From: Treponemataceae bacterium
GTDB lineage: Bacteria > Spirochaetota > Spirochaetia > Treponematales > Rectinemataceae
Length of the DNA: 64,000 nt
Reading direction: 5' to 3'
Assembly: GCA_963678065.2 (NCBI GenBank)
Contig: CAXXVZ010000003.1
Span: 1,632,001 to 1,696,000 of the forward strand
Shown here: piece by piece, positions 36,779 to 47,217 of the stretch
Position numbering within the stretch: the first letter of the stretch is position 1
How the letters are laid out: every line of letters starts with the position of its first letter
Program-made: the position numbers and the translations under genes
The notes under the pieces: generated by a model
What the model was told of the DNA's origin: nothing
The model's input: only the letters and a program-made list of their open reading frames with translations
Database searches by the model: none

Positions 36779-37651
36779 CTATTTGCCGCGCGGTGTGAAG
36801 CGGTCTATGACAATGTTGACTTCCTCGATGAGGATGCCGGTGAAGCGCTCGATGTTTTCTATGATGTATTCCTGGAGGCTGTGGACATTGGACGCGAGCT
36901 TGGTGCCGAAAGGAACCTCGAGCACGACGGTGATGCGGTATCCCTGGGTATCGCTGCGTATGCCCATGCGCCTCACGTGAACGGAGGAATCGAATTCGTC
37001 GACGCAGTGGACGACCATCTGAGAGAGGGCGGCCTCGGAGATGGATACCCTGCCGCGTTTGGCGTACTCGGGCCTGACGATGGACTTTTCGTAGATGCGC
37101 GGGGGCGCGGCGGCGGACCCGAAGCTGCGCTTCAGGAAAACGCGGACGGAATCGTAGAATATCGAGGGATAGTTTCTGCGGATCTCCAGGGCGGGAATGG
37201 GGATGACATGCTTGCCCTCGACCTTGCGCGAACGTACGGCCTTCTCGATGTCCTCGCGGCTCGCGATATCCTCGATCTTGATGATCTTGACAGGATGGGG
37301 GATCTGGAGGCGCTCGCAAATCTTTTTGGTCATGCGCTCGGAAGTGCCGATGACGAGGATCTTGCGGAATTTCTCCTTCTGGAGGGCGCGGGCGACCTCG
37401 TCGCGGTGGGCTTTGTCGTGGAAGAGGGCCGTCTTCACCGCGGCCATGTACATCTGTTCCTTCTTGGCGGAGCGCCCGGCGATGAGCTGGTCTCCCCGGA
37501 TGAGAAGGCCGTCGTCGATGATCATCTCGATGCCGTATTTCTGCGCCACGAGTTTGGCACGAAAACTCTTGCCTGTGCCGCTTTCCCCGACCAGGGCGTA
37601 GACTCGCACGCCCTTGGCCAGCCAGAACAGCTCGCTGAAGATCCTGAACAT
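36779..37651 (-). CDS. P-loop domain plus Asp23/Gls24-like domain protein
   Basis: GESGTGKS, IIDDGLLI, GKHVIP, EKSIVRP; C-terminal LQEYIIENIERFTGILIEEVNIVI. Confidence 0.8.
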   Translation of the reverse strand: MFRIFSELFWLAKGVRVYALVGESGTGKSFRAKLVAQKYGIEMIIDDGLLIRGDQLIAGRSAKKEQMYMAAVKTALFHDKAHRDEVARALQKEKFRKILVIGTSERMTKKICERLQIPHPVKIIKIEDIASREDIEKAVRSRKVEGKHVIPIPALEIRRNYPSIFYDSVRVFLKRSFGSAAAPPRIYEKSIVRPEYAKRGRVSISEAALSQMVVHCVDEFDSSVHVRRMGIRSDTQGYRITVVLEVPFGTKLASNVHSLQEYIIENIERFTGILIEEVNIVIDRFTPRGK

Positions 37652-37661
37652 TGGATTCCAA

Positions 37662-38951
37662 CTATAGAGGTCGGTCAGGAGCGGAGTAAAGGGCTTTGCG
37701 CGTCCCGGAAGAGATGGCCTTGGCGGCCATCCTGGCCGCAGCTTCCCTGGCTGCGGTCTCACGGTCCGTGACTTCAGCGGTGCCGGAGTTCCCGGATGAC
37801 GACGCGCCGGTCGCTGCGACCTCGGCAGTCGCGGCGCCTGCCATGAGCCCGAGATCGTGCTCGAGGCTCGGGGTAAAGAGCCCCGTTCCGCGCGCGGCGA
37901 AAACCTCAGGTACCTTCCAGAAGCGGCCTGTCTCGACCTCCACTCCGTCCGGGAAAAGTTCGCCCGAGTAGGTCGTGACGAAAACATGCACGAGTTCGGA
38001 TTCGGCAGGAGTGTCGATGCGGTAACGGAAGGCCGGCTCGATCTTCCCGCCGGCCGCCTCGATGGCCATCGTCGTCACACCCAGCTCTTCGCGCAGTTCC
38101 CGGCCGAGAGCCGCCTCAAGGGTTTCGCCCCAGGCGATGTGGCCCGCCACCGCGGTGTCCCACTTGCCCGGCTCGGTGTCCTTCGTTGTGGCGCGTTTCT
38201 GAAGGTAGATGCCGCCCTTTCCGTCCAGGATGTGGAGATGGACGACGGGGTGGAGCCTGCCGGGAGTTTTGTGACATTCGGAGCGCGGGAGCTTGCCGAC
38301 GATCTTTCCTTCGTCGTCGACGATGGGAAGCATCTCGACGGATACTCCGGCAGGAATTTCATCGCGACCGAGGCCTGTTTTGCCGCGCCTGAGGCGGGGC
38401 AGCCATCGGGCGCGCGCGAACTGCCAGAGGACGACCGCCCCGAAAAGGATGTAGAGAAGCCCTCCCGATACGAAGCCCCAGGCGGCCGTGGACCACCAGA
38501 TCGCTGCGGCGAGGGTGAGAAGGGTGTGGACGACGAGAACGCCCACCATGATCGCGAGGCTCCTGCGCATGGCGGGCATGGACTCGTCGCCGAAACGCAG
38601 GCCCTTCAGCTGGTTCTCCATGTACTTCTTGAGGTACTCAGGCGGCAGGAAGAGGGCCAGGCCGAGGGCTCCGCCCATGACGGCCTCGATGATGACCGGC
38701 TTCAGCTTGAAGAAGATTTCGTCGTGCAGGGCGAGGGAGAGAGCCCCCGCGATGCCGAGGAAGGCGGTGTCGACGATAACGAAGGGATCGATCCTCTTTT
38801 CCCGGATGAGGACGTAGAGGAACTCTCCCCCTCCCATGACAAGTCCCGCCGCGAGTCCGGCCGCTTCCCCGAAAAGCGATTCGACGGCCACGAAGACAAT
38901 GAGAGGCAGGAAGCTGGGGAGCAGGGCTTTGAGAACGGTGCGTAGATCCAC
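37662..38951 (-). CDS. YciB/IspZ-like membrane domain fused to an IDI/YfcD-like Nudix domain
   Basis: LPLIVF...LHDEIFFKLKPVI; LHPVVH, LQKRA, PGKWDTAVAGH, RELREELG. Confidence 0.8.
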   Translation of the reverse strand: MDLRTVLKALLPSFLPLIVFVAVESLFGEAAGLAAGLVMGGGEFLYVLIREKRIDPFVIVDTAFLGIAGALSLALHDEIFFKLKPVIIEAVMGGALGLALFLPPEYLKKYMENQLKGLRFGDESMPAMRRSLAIMVGVLVVHTLLTLAAAIWWSTAAWGFVSGGLLYILFGAVVLWQFARARWLPRLRRGKTGLGRDEIPAGVSVEMLPIVDDEGKIVGKLPRSECHKTPGRLHPVVHLHILDGKGGIYLQKRATTKDTEPGKWDTAVAGHIAWGETLEAALGRELREELGVTTMAIEAAGGKIEPAFRYRIDTPAESELVHVFVTTYSGELFPDGVEVETGRFWKVPEVFAARGTGLFTPSLEHDLGLMAGAATAEVAATGASSSGNSGTAEVTDRETAAREAAARMAAKAISSGTRKALYSAPDRPL

Positions 38952-39038
38952 AGCAATACGATAGTGATTTGCGCGGCGGGGGACAAGATCGCCGGGGTGG
39001 ATTATACTGGTGGAAAATCGGCAGTCCAGGAGTACGCC

Positions 39039-41009
39039 ATGTCCCTCATCGTGAATCCCGCCACGGGTCTCGCAGTCGGAGACCCGGACATAACGCCCCT
39101 CACCGAAAAGAATCTCCCTCCTCCTCAGGCGGTCCGGGAAGCCTCCGGCAGCCTCATTCTGTCCGCCTCGGGTTTCCGGAAGGTCTTCGCCTCGCCCGCC
39201 GCGGGAGATGAATGGGCGGCCTGGATCGGCAAAGAGGGCAGGATGCGGGAGGACTCCCTCTCTCCGCGGGTTTCCCCCGAAGATCTCGTCCTCGCGGGAG
39301 CCATGGCCATGGTATACGCCCGCTTCATCAAAGCGAAATCCGGTACGGAGAGCCCGGCCGTCCTCGTCGGCGTAGACTCGCGCCCCACCGGGCCTGCCAT
39401 CGCCGACATGATGATCCGCGTCCTCGTCGCCCTCGGTATCCGACCCCGCTATCTCTTCGTCGTCGCGGCTCCGGAGATCATGGCCCTCGACCGATATTCC
39501 TCCTCCCTGCCAGCGGGGCACGAGGAGAGGACAGAGGGATTCGTGTACATCTCGGCGAGCCACAACCCTCCCGGGCACAATGGTCTGAAGTTCGGCTCGG
39601 GCTCAGGCGGAGTCCTTTCGCCTTCGGAGATCACACCCCTCATCGCGGACTATCGGGATCTCATCGACGAGCCGGAGACAGCCCGCTCCCTGCTCGGGCT
39701 CGTGACCTGCGTCGATCCGCGCGTGATCGCCCGGATTTTCGTCGACATCTCGGTCTGGAAACGGAGGGCCGTCTCCGCCTACACCCTCCTTGCGCGGGAA
39801 ATCGTCACCGGGCTCGCGGATCGGGAGGAACAGGAGGCCCTCTTCGAGGACATGACTCCCGCCGAGGCTGAATCCACCGGCGGGGTCGTCGCGGAGCTCA
39901 ACGGCTCGGCGCGCAGCCTGTCGATCGACTCGGACTTTCTCCGGGGCATGGGCGTCAAGGTCAAAGCCGTCAACGATGAACCCGGCTACTTCGTTCACAG
40001 GATCGTGCCCGAAGGCGAATCCCTCGACGACTGTGTGCGGGAACTCGAAGCCGCCCACGAACTCGACCCCTCCTTCATCCTCGGCTACACGCCTGACTGC
40101 GATGGCGACCGCGGGAACCTCGTGTGGTACGATGCCGCGGATGGCTTCGCAAAAATCCTGGAAGCCCAGCAGGTTTTCGCGCTCTGCTGCGTCGCCGAGC
40201 TCGCGTGTCTCCACAGAAACGCGGCCATCGCCGGAACTCCGGCCCCGAGGGCAGCCATCGCGGTGAACGACGCCACCTCCATGCGGATCGAGGCTATAGC
40301 CCGGAGCTTCGGTGCCCGGGTCTTCAGAGCCGAAACCGGCGAGGCGAACGTAGTCGGCCTCGCGTCTTCCCTCCGGGACGAAGGATACGAGGTCCGCATC
40401 CTCGGCGAGGGGTCCAATGGCGGCAACATCACCCATCCCTCGAGGGTGCGCGATCCGCTCGCGACCCTCGGCGCCGTCCTCAAACTCCTCGCCCTCAGGG
40501 ATTCCGAGTCGGCCGACGGACTCTACCACACATGGATGCGCCTCTCCGGACAGGAATCCGATTACGGGGAATCCTTCACCCTGGGCGATATCATCGCTTC
40601 GCTGCCGGCTTTCGCGACGACGAGCGTCTTCGAGAGCCGCGCCGCCCTCAAAATCCGGTCCTTCGACAAGACGGCGCTCAAGACTCGCTATCGGGATGTC
40701 TTCCTGTCCGGATGGGAGAAACGGAAAAACGAGCTTCGCAGCCGCTACGGCATAGCGTCATGGAAGGCACTCGCGTCCAACGGAACAAGGGAACGAGAAG
40801 TCGGACAGGACTTCGCCGCCTCGGGCTCGGGCGGACTCAGGATCGTCTTCTCGGACGGGGACGGAGCGCCGAAGACCATGATCTGGATGCGCGGATCAGG
40901 CACGGAGCCGGTATTCCGCATCCTCGCCGATGTCGCCGGCGGGAGGGCGGTGGACGAGGAATACTTCCTCTCCTGGCATCGCTCCATGGTCGAAGAGGCG
41001 GACAGATGA
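39039..41009 (+). CDS. Alpha-D-phosphohexomutase (PGM/PMM family)
   Basis: DSRPTG, SASHNP, PDCDGDR, GEGSNGG, RGSGTEP. Confidence 0.9.
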   Translation: MSLIVNPATGLAVGDPDITPLTEKNLPPPQAVREASGSLILSASGFRKVFASPAAGDEWAAWIGKEGRMREDSLSPRVSPEDLVLAGAMAMVYARFIKAKSGTESPAVLVGVDSRPTGPAIADMMIRVLVALGIRPRYLFVVAAPEIMALDRYSSSLPAGHEERTEGFVYISASHNPPGHNGLKFGSGSGGVLSPSEITPLIADYRDLIDEPETARSLLGLVTCVDPRVIARIFVDISVWKRRAVSAYTLLAREIVTGLADREEQEALFEDMTPAEAESTGGVVAELNGSARSLSIDSDFLRGMGVKVKAVNDEPGYFVHRIVPEGESLDDCVRELEAAHELDPSFILGYTPDCDGDRGNLVWYDAADGFAKILEAQQVFALCCVAELACLHRNAAIAGTPAPRAAIAVNDATSMRIEAIARSFGARVFRAETGEANVVGLASSLRDEGYEVRILGEGSNGGNITHPSRVRDPLATLGAVLKLLALRDSESADGLYHTWMRLSGQESDYGESFTLGDIIASLPAFATTSVFESRAALKIRSFDKTALKTRYRDVFLSGWEKRKNELRSRYGIASWKALASNGTREREVGQDFAASGSGGLRIVFSDGDGAPKTMIWMRGSGTEPVFRILADVAGGRAVDEEYFLSWHRSMVEEADR

Positions 41010-41160
41010 GCGCCGGGCCTGCGGGAGAGCGGCGCCGCGTGACAGCGGCTCCTCCGGCAGAGAAGTCCCGGCGGGGCCGGAGCGTGGCACCGGCGGGACG
41101 GATCTCTTGATCGAAGCAGAAATTCTCGGATAGTATTGGAATCCAGCGCAAGGAGCATCA

Positions 41161-41691
41161 ATGGGTATCAGGGGCGAACTCTTCTCGACACGGGTCAGCT
41201 GTGAGGGACGAACCTATTTCTTCAATGTCAAGCAGAACAGGATGGGCGATGTCTTTCTCAGTATCGTAGAGAGCAAACCCACCGAACCCGAAACCTTCGA
41301 CCGCCGGTCCATCGTCGTGTTCGGAAGCGACGTGAAGCCCTTCATCAAGGCCTTTCAGACAGCCCTCAGTTTCATGGAAAAGCCCAAGGAGGCCTCCCGC
41401 CCCTTGAGCTTCCATCCCGCTGACCCGATGCCGCCCAGAAAAATCCAGAAGCGGGTAAAAATCGGGGGCGCGGAAGCCGGAGAAGCGAGGGATGAGTCCG
41501 GCCAGAATCCTGCGGCCGCGAACCCCGAAGCCTCTCATGGGGCCGGGGCGAAGGCCGGGATATCGGTCCCTTCCCCGCTTGCCGGGGCCCTGCCCGAAAA
41601 GAAGCGTCGAATTGTCGTGAAACGCGCAAAGCCGAAGACCGGAAACCCCGGGGAAAATCAGGAAAAAACCGAAACCGGCGAAGGGGACTGA
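41161..41691 (+). CDS. PUR-domain (DUF3276, BpuR-like) nucleic-acid-binding protein with disordered tail
   Basis: GELFSTRV...RTYFFNVKQNRMGDVFLSIVESK...RRSIVVF. Confidence 0.87.
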   Translation: MGIRGELFSTRVSCEGRTYFFNVKQNRMGDVFLSIVESKPTEPETFDRRSIVVFGSDVKPFIKAFQTALSFMEKPKEASRPLSFHPADPMPPRKIQKRVKIGGAEAGEARDESGQNPAAANPEASHGAGAKAGISVPSPLAGALPEKKRRIVVKRAKPKTGNPGENQEKTETGEGD

Positions 41692-41743
41692 AAACGCTTC
41701 CCTCCGCGGACGCCGGCATGCCGGCGCCGCGACTGCCTTCGCT

Positions 41744-42391
41744 TCACGCCCCGAAATGAAAACTCCTCCTCTGTATCGGCGAAGGACCGTAGTGGATGCA
41801 GCGGGCCCTGTGATCTTCTGTCGGATAGCCCTTGTGCTTTTTGTAGCCGTATTCGGGGAAGAGTTCGTCGAATCGCAGCATCACCCTGTCCCGCATGACC
41901 TTGGCGACGATGCTCGCCGCCATGATCGCCGGCACGATGGCGTCTCCGCCGATGACTGGAATGACGCGTACAACTCTCCGGCCGGCATCGCCCGCTACAG
42001 ACCCTTCCTTATAGGGAGAAAGATCGGGGACCTTGTTGCCGTCCACATAGACAGTGCCGGGAAGTAGGGGCAGGGAGAAATATGCCCGGCGCATGGCAAG
42101 AAGCGTGGCGCGAAGGATGTTGAGCCTGTCGATCTCCTCGTGAGAGGACCAGCCCGCCGACCAGGCCAGAGCATTTCCAAGGATCTCCGCGAAAGCCCGT
42201 TCACGGCGCCGCTCCGTGAGGGCCTTGGAGTCGCCGAGCAGTTCAAGGGGAAAACCGTCTCCGAGGATGACGCAGGCGGCCGTGACGGGACCGGCCAGAG
42301 GTCCCCTCCCCGCCTCGTCGATGCCGCAGAGTTCCGGACCGACAGGCGGCCCCTCCGGGAAATCCGATGCCCTGAGTATTCTTTCCCTCAC
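41744..42391 (-). CDS. rnhB: Ribonuclease HII
   Basis: GIDEAGRGPLAGPV, DSKAL, DGN, AASIVAKV, KHKGYPT. Confidence 0.95.
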   Translation of the reverse strand: MRERILRASDFPEGPPVGPELCGIDEAGRGPLAGPVTAACVILGDGFPLELLGDSKALTERRRERAFAEILGNALAWSAGWSSHEEIDRLNILRATLLAMRRAYFSLPLLPGTVYVDGNKVPDLSPYKEGSVAGDAGRRVVRVIPVIGGDAIVPAIMAASIVAKVMRDRVMLRFDELFPEYGYKKHKGYPTEDHRARCIHYGPSPIQRRSFHFGA

Positions 42392-43293
42392 CGCGGTTTT
42401 TTCCTCCCGGTTCCCGCCAGCCGATAATAATGCGCGGCGTAGTCTCCGGCCTGCGCGAACCCGAGTCCCCCGTACAGGGCGATGGCCGGCGCATTGCCCT
42501 TCTTCACATACAGGACCGTCTTCCGTCCCCGGATCAGACCGTCGCGGCAGAGGCGGCTGACCAAGGCTCGCGCGATTCCCCTCCCTCGGTATCCGGGAAG
42601 GGTGTAGACGCCGCCGATCTGGTCGAACCAAAGCCCTTGGGCGGTAGTCTGAGCTTTCCCGACCATCGTTCCGTTCAGAAAAGCGACGAGGAGGACTTGG
42701 GAACGGAGGGAGTCCACAAGACGGCGCTGGAGACTGGATATTTCGGGATAACCTTGTCCAGCATAGACTTCTTCTATTTCATAGGCGTTCTGGAGCCGAA
42801 AGATATCCCCGAAATCAGAATCCCGGGCCGGTCTGACGAGGAGTCCTTCCACGGCCGGAAGATCTCCTGAAACAGGAAAGTCCGCGAGTTCGAGAAGATG
42901 GTAGTCGACGATGGTCGTTGGAACCAGCCCCGTGGCGGCTTCCATCCTGACGACATGATCCTTCAGTCCGAGGGCTGCGGCGATGACTGTCCCCGAAGAC
43001 GCGAGAAAACCGCCGAGAGCCCGGTCCGAGGCGGGATCTCCGGGCAGGACGGGAAAAACAGGATGCCCGGGACCGCAGAGGACGGCACCTTCGACCCTGC
43101 CCGCGCCATCGGCGGCGAGCCAGAGCCTCTCCCGCGCGTCAGGCAGGCTGAAGACCCGGCCTGACCGGAGCAGTCGCGAGGACAGTCCGACGCAGATCCT
43201 CTCGTTCCCGGAGAGAAAGGCCCCGAGCGAGTCCGGGACGCCCTGCCCCTCCTCGCCCTGCCCGGCGGCGCGCCAGGTTATCCCGGCTGTCAC
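42388..43293 (-). CDS. GNAT-family N-acetyltransferase
   Basis: QIGGVYTLPGYRGRGIA, NAPAIALYGGLGF; start uncertain. Confidence 0.85.
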   Translation of the reverse strand: MTAGITWRAAGQGEEGQGVPDSLGAFLSGNERICVGLSSRLLRSGRVFSLPDARERLWLAADGAGRVEGAVLCGPGHPVFPVLPGDPASDRALGGFLASSGTVIAAALGLKDHVVRMEAATGLVPTTIVDYHLLELADFPVSGDLPAVEGLLVRPARDSDFGDIFRLQNAYEIEEVYAGQGYPEISSLQRRLVDSLRSQVLLVAFLNGTMVGKAQTTAQGLWFDQIGGVYTLPGYRGRGIARALVSRLCRDGLIRGRKTVLYVKKGNAPAIALYGGLGFAQAGDYAAHYYRLAGTGRKKPR

Positions 43294-43312
43294 GGAAGAT
43301 CCGCAATCTTCG

Positions 43313-45034
43313 TCATGGCCGGACTTGAGCCTTGCGGATGACGACCGGAAGGCTTCCCTGCGCGCGGGCCTTTCCGGAGATGACATCGAGCCCCGCGAGG
43401 AGGCTCGGCGCGGTATCGCTGTAGACCGCGACCACGGCGGCGCTTTCGGGAATACCCGCCGCCCAGACAGGCGAGTCGGCGGACAGGGCGGCCACCTTCG
43501 CTCCCGATTCGAGGGCGGCGCGCGCGAAATCCGCGCCTGCCTCGTTCGCCACGCAGACGATGACGGCGCTCGCGCCGACGATTGCGGCGCGGAAAGCCTC
43601 GAGCTCCTTCGGCTTCGCCGCGTCCAGGGGGCGGTAGGAGAAGCGGAATGTCGTCGCGTCGGGATAATAGGGATGGGCCAGATCGAAGAACTCCGCGAAG
43701 GGCGATGCCAGGACGATGCCCTTGGCCGGCAGAAAAGGAAGAAGCTTCCCGCCTGAGAGGAGAGTCGCCGCGCGGAGGCCCTGATCGCGGAAAAAGGCCG
43801 CGCCCTCGCGGTCGGGCACGAGTCCGGGGACTTTCGCGGGATCGGGGACGAGGGATCCCCCTCTGTAGTTTTTCAGGTAGCGCAGTTTGACCCCGATGAT
43901 CCTCGCGGCGGCCTCCTCAAGTCTTGCGCGGAAACGGGGATCCGAGCCGCAGGCCGCGACGAGAGTGGTCCAGAGCTCCTCGTTCCACTCGACGAGGCGG
44001 GAAACCATGATCATGTCGTTGCCGGCCTCGAGGGCTTGCCGGGCTCTCGTCCCCTCGCCTGCGCTCCCGGCCCCCTGCATGTAAAGGTCGTCCGTGACAG
44101 CCATTCCCCTGAAGCCGAGTTCCGTGCGGAGGATATCAGTCATGAAAAGCTTCGAGAGGGAAGAGGGCCCACCGCGCGGATCGATGGCTGGAAAGGAAAG
44201 ATGCCCCGCCATGACCGCGGGGATGCCTTCTGCGATGAGGGCGGAGAAGGGCACGAGCTCGCGCGCGCGGAGGGTTTTTGCGTCGATCCGGATGACGGGC
44301 AGCCTGCCGTGCGAATCGGTGAGCGTGTCGCCATGGCCCGGAAAATGCTTGGCCGTGGCGACGATCCCCGCCTCGGCGAGGCCCCGGGCGTAGGCTACCC
44401 CGAGAGCCGCGGTCTTTCCGGGATCGTCTGAGAAGGCGCGCGGTCCTATGATAAAACTGTCGGGGCGGGTCGCGAGATCGACGACGGGCGCGAAGTTCAT
44501 GTTGACGCCCATGGCCGCGAGTTCCCTGCCTATGTAGAAAGCGCTTCGCCGCGCATCCTCGGCGCTGCCGGTCGCGCCGATGGCCATGTTCCCCGGAGTC
44601 TGCGAGGTCGAACCTTTTATATGGCGGACCGTGCCGCCCTCCTGGTCCGTCGCGACGAGGAGCGGTATGCCGCGCCCGCTCCCGAGCGCGGCCTTCTGAA
44701 GGGTGGCGACGGCCGACGCGAGCCTGACGGTGTCCGCGCCGTTCCAGCCGAATATCTTGATTCCCCCGAGATGGCGGAGGCGTATCCAGTCCATGAGGGC
44801 GGAGGGCGGCGTTTCGCCGGGCCAGGTCATCATGAGAACCTGGCCGACCAGCTCCTCATCCCTCATGTCCTCCGCGATGGCCCGGGCCATCGCGGCCGGG
44901 TCGCCTGAGTCGCCGAACGCGGGGTGTCGACCAGCCGGCCCCGCATCCGCCCCGGACAGGGCCGAAGCGGACAAGGCTGCGAGGACAAAGGCGAGGATGA
45001 GGGGAAGCAGGCGCCGGGACTGGAGAGGGAGCAT
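43313..45034 (-). CDS. Secreted GH3 beta-N-acetylhexosaminidase (NagZ-like)
   Basis: Signal peptide; DQEGG, NFAPVVD, KHFPGHGDTLTDSH, TDDL. Confidence 0.9.
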   Translation of the reverse strand: MLPLQSRRLLPLILAFVLAALSASALSGADAGPAGRHPAFGDSGDPAAMARAIAEDMRDEELVGQVLMMTWPGETPPSALMDWIRLRHLGGIKIFGWNGADTVRLASAVATLQKAALGSGRGIPLLVATDQEGGTVRHIKGSTSQTPGNMAIGATGSAEDARRSAFYIGRELAAMGVNMNFAPVVDLATRPDSFIIGPRAFSDDPGKTAALGVAYARGLAEAGIVATAKHFPGHGDTLTDSHGRLPVIRIDAKTLRARELVPFSALIAEGIPAVMAGHLSFPAIDPRGGPSSLSKLFMTDILRTELGFRGMAVTDDLYMQGAGSAGEGTRARQALEAGNDMIMVSRLVEWNEELWTTLVAACGSDPRFRARLEEAAARIIGVKLRYLKNYRGGSLVPDPAKVPGLVPDREGAAFFRDQGLRAATLLSGGKLLPFLPAKGIVLASPFAEFFDLAHPYYPDATTFRFSYRPLDAAKPKELEAFRAAIVGASAVIVCVANEAGADFARAALESGAKVAALSADSPVWAAGIPESAAVVAVYSDTAPSLLAGLDVISGKARAQGSLPVVIRKAQVRP

Positions 45035-45035
45035 C

Positions 45036-45971
45036 CTAGCGGTAGGATTCGCCCCGGAGCTCGTCGATGTACTGGGCGGCGGAATGGGCCGCGATGGCGC
45101 CGTCCGAACATGCGGTGACGATCTGCCGGAAGGGGCTGACCCTGACATCTCCGGCGGCGAAGAGTCCCGGAACGCTCGTAGCCATCTTCTCGTCGGTGAC
45201 GAGAGAGCCGGATTCGTCCTTTATCGCGTCGGGGACAAGGGAGGTCTGGGGATCGGAGCCGACAAAGACGAAGACAGCGTCCATGGCCTCCTCGTAGCTC
45301 TCGCCTGTATCGAGGCGCCGCAAGAGGACAGATCCGACCTTTTTCTCTCCCCTGATCTCTTCGACGACCGTGTTGAAGCGGACATCGATGGAGGGGTTGA
45401 CGAGTATGCGCGCGGCGAGGGAGCGCTGGGCTCTGAAGCGGTCCTTGCGGTGCACCATGACGAGGGTCGGAGTGAGTTTCGCGAGGAACATAGCCTCGTC
45501 GCAGGCCGCGTCTCCCCCGCCGACGAGGAGAATCTTCTTTCCCTTGAAGAAGGGGCCGTCGCAGGTCGCACAGTAGGAGACACCCTTTCCCGCGAGTCTC
45601 TCCTCGCCCGGAACGCCGAGGTGACGGTGGCGGGCTCCCGTGGCCAGGATGACGGCGGGGGCTGTCAATGGCCCCTCTGTCGTGTCGACGAGGAAGGACT
45701 TCCCTTCCTTTTTAAGGGAGAGGACCGAGGCGGTCACAAAGGAGGCGCCGAAGGTTTCGGCCTGTTCCTGCATTGCGGCGGCGAACTCGAAACCGCTCAG
45801 GGGTTTCGCGAATCCGGGATAGTTTTCTAGGCCGTCAATCAGGAGGGCCTGACCGCCGGGCGCCATCTCCTCAACCAGCGCGGTCCGGAGATTGGCCCTC
45901 GCTCCGTACTGCGCCGCGGTGAGTCCGGCCGCGCCGCCTCCGATGATGACAAGGTCATACTCTCTGTCCAT
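45036..45971 (-). CDS. trxB: Thioredoxin reductase
   Basis: GGGAAG, ENYPG, CATCDG, GGGD, FAAGD. Confidence 0.96.
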   Translation of the reverse strand: MDREYDLVIIGGGAAGLTAAQYGARANLRTALVEEMAPGGQALLIDGLENYPGFAKPLSGFEFAAAMQEQAETFGASFVTASVLSLKKEGKSFLVDTTEGPLTAPAVILATGARHRHLGVPGEERLAGKGVSYCATCDGPFFKGKKILLVGGGDAACDEAMFLAKLTPTLVMVHRKDRFRAQRSLAARILVNPSIDVRFNTVVEEIRGEKKVGSVLLRRLDTGESYEEAMDAVFVFVGSDPQTSLVPDAIKDESGSLVTDEKMATSVPGLFAAGDVRVSPFRQIVTACSDGAIAAHSAAQYIDELRGESYR

Positions 45972-46041
45972 TGTTTTCTCCTGCGGGAAAGAAGCGCGCG
46001 AAGAACGCGGCGCCGGTGTTACTATAATACCATCGGAAGGC

Positions 46042-47217
46042 TCAGGATGGAAATCGGAGGATGACGGTCGTACCCTCTCCGGAAAACCGCTCGAGTTTCC
46101 CGTGAAGCTGCATGGCGAGGGCCCTGACGAGGTCGTTGCCTATTCCTGGTCTGGCTGAGGCCGCGGATTCTCCCTCAGGCCCCGTTCCGGTGCCTGCCTC
46201 GGCGGCAGCTCCGGCGCCGGAGCCGCGCGTCTCCCCCGAAGCCCGGTCCACGATCCTGTCCTTCAGTCCGAGGACCCACTCGTCGCCGTCCCTGTTCAGC
46301 GCAACGCGGATTTCCCCTGGAATCCCTGCCCTGAAAGCGTACTTGTAGGAATTGGATATGAGTTCGTTGACGATGAGGGCGAGCGTGACGGCCTGATCCA
46401 CGCCGAGCACGCAGGGATCGGTCTCTATCACAGTCTGAATGTCTCTCCGGCCGCCCTCGTAGATTTCAGACAGGTACCAGGCCAGCCGGGACAGGTAGGA
46501 CTTCATGTCGACGCCGGTGAGGCTCTCCCGCTTGTAGAGGGCCTCGTGGACCATGGCCATCGACTGGATCTGGGTTCTGCAGTCCTGGAAGACGCGGCGG
46601 GCATCGGGGTCGACTATCTCGGATTCATGGAGGCTCAGGAGGCTCGACACGACCTGGAGGTTGTTCTTGACCCGGTGGTGCACCTCCCTGAGGAGGACGT
46701 CCCGCGCTTCCAGGGCTTCCTTGAGGGCTTTCTCCCTCGCCTTCGCCTCGGTCACATCTCTGATGATGCCGACCGTGCACAGCGAGTTTCCCGCGATTCC
46801 GGGGAAGGGAAGCTGTCCGCCATCCACCTCGCCGTAGGCGTTGACTGAGCCATAGCGCAGGGCCGATCCCTCTTTGCCGACGAGGCGGACTTCCAGATTC
46901 CGCGTCATTCGTGAGCCGGAACGCCGTTCATCGAAGAGCTTGGGCGACCTCTCGTCGCCCGTCACGGTGCCTTTCAGAACCTTCAGGACTTCTTCCCTGC
47001 TCACGGCGGCCCTGTCCTCAGGGTGGATGATCTCGCTGAAGTGCTTGCCCAGAAGGGTCTCGGGGGCGAATCCGAGGCTCGCCGCCGCATCGTTGAGATA
47101 GACGAAACACCCTTTGTCGTCGAGGACATAGACGATGTCGGGTATTGCGCGGACGAGGTTGAGGTACATGTGACCCAAAAGTTCCCTGTCGTCCGGCCGG
47201 TCGCTGGCGTCGTCCAT
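46042..47217 (-). CDS. Cytoplasmic PAS sensor histidine kinase (HisKA_2 type)
   Basis: PAS domain; EVHHRVKNNLQ; NELISNSYKYA; G1 region atypical. Confidence 0.85.
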   Translation of the reverse strand: MDDASDRPDDRELLGHMYLNLVRAIPDIVYVLDDKGCFVYLNDAAASLGFAPETLLGKHFSEIIHPEDRAAVSREEVLKVLKGTVTGDERSPKLFDERRSGSRMTRNLEVRLVGKEGSALRYGSVNAYGEVDGGQLPFPGIAGNSLCTVGIIRDVTEAKAREKALKEALEARDVLLREVHHRVKNNLQVVSSLLSLHESEIVDPDARRVFQDCRTQIQSMAMVHEALYKRESLTGVDMKSYLSRLAWYLSEIYEGGRRDIQTVIETDPCVLGVDQAVTLALIVNELISNSYKYAFRAGIPGEIRVALNRDGDEWVLGLKDRIVDRASGETRGSGAGAAAEAGTGTGPEGESAASARPGIGNDLVRALAMQLHGKLERFSGEGTTVILRFPS

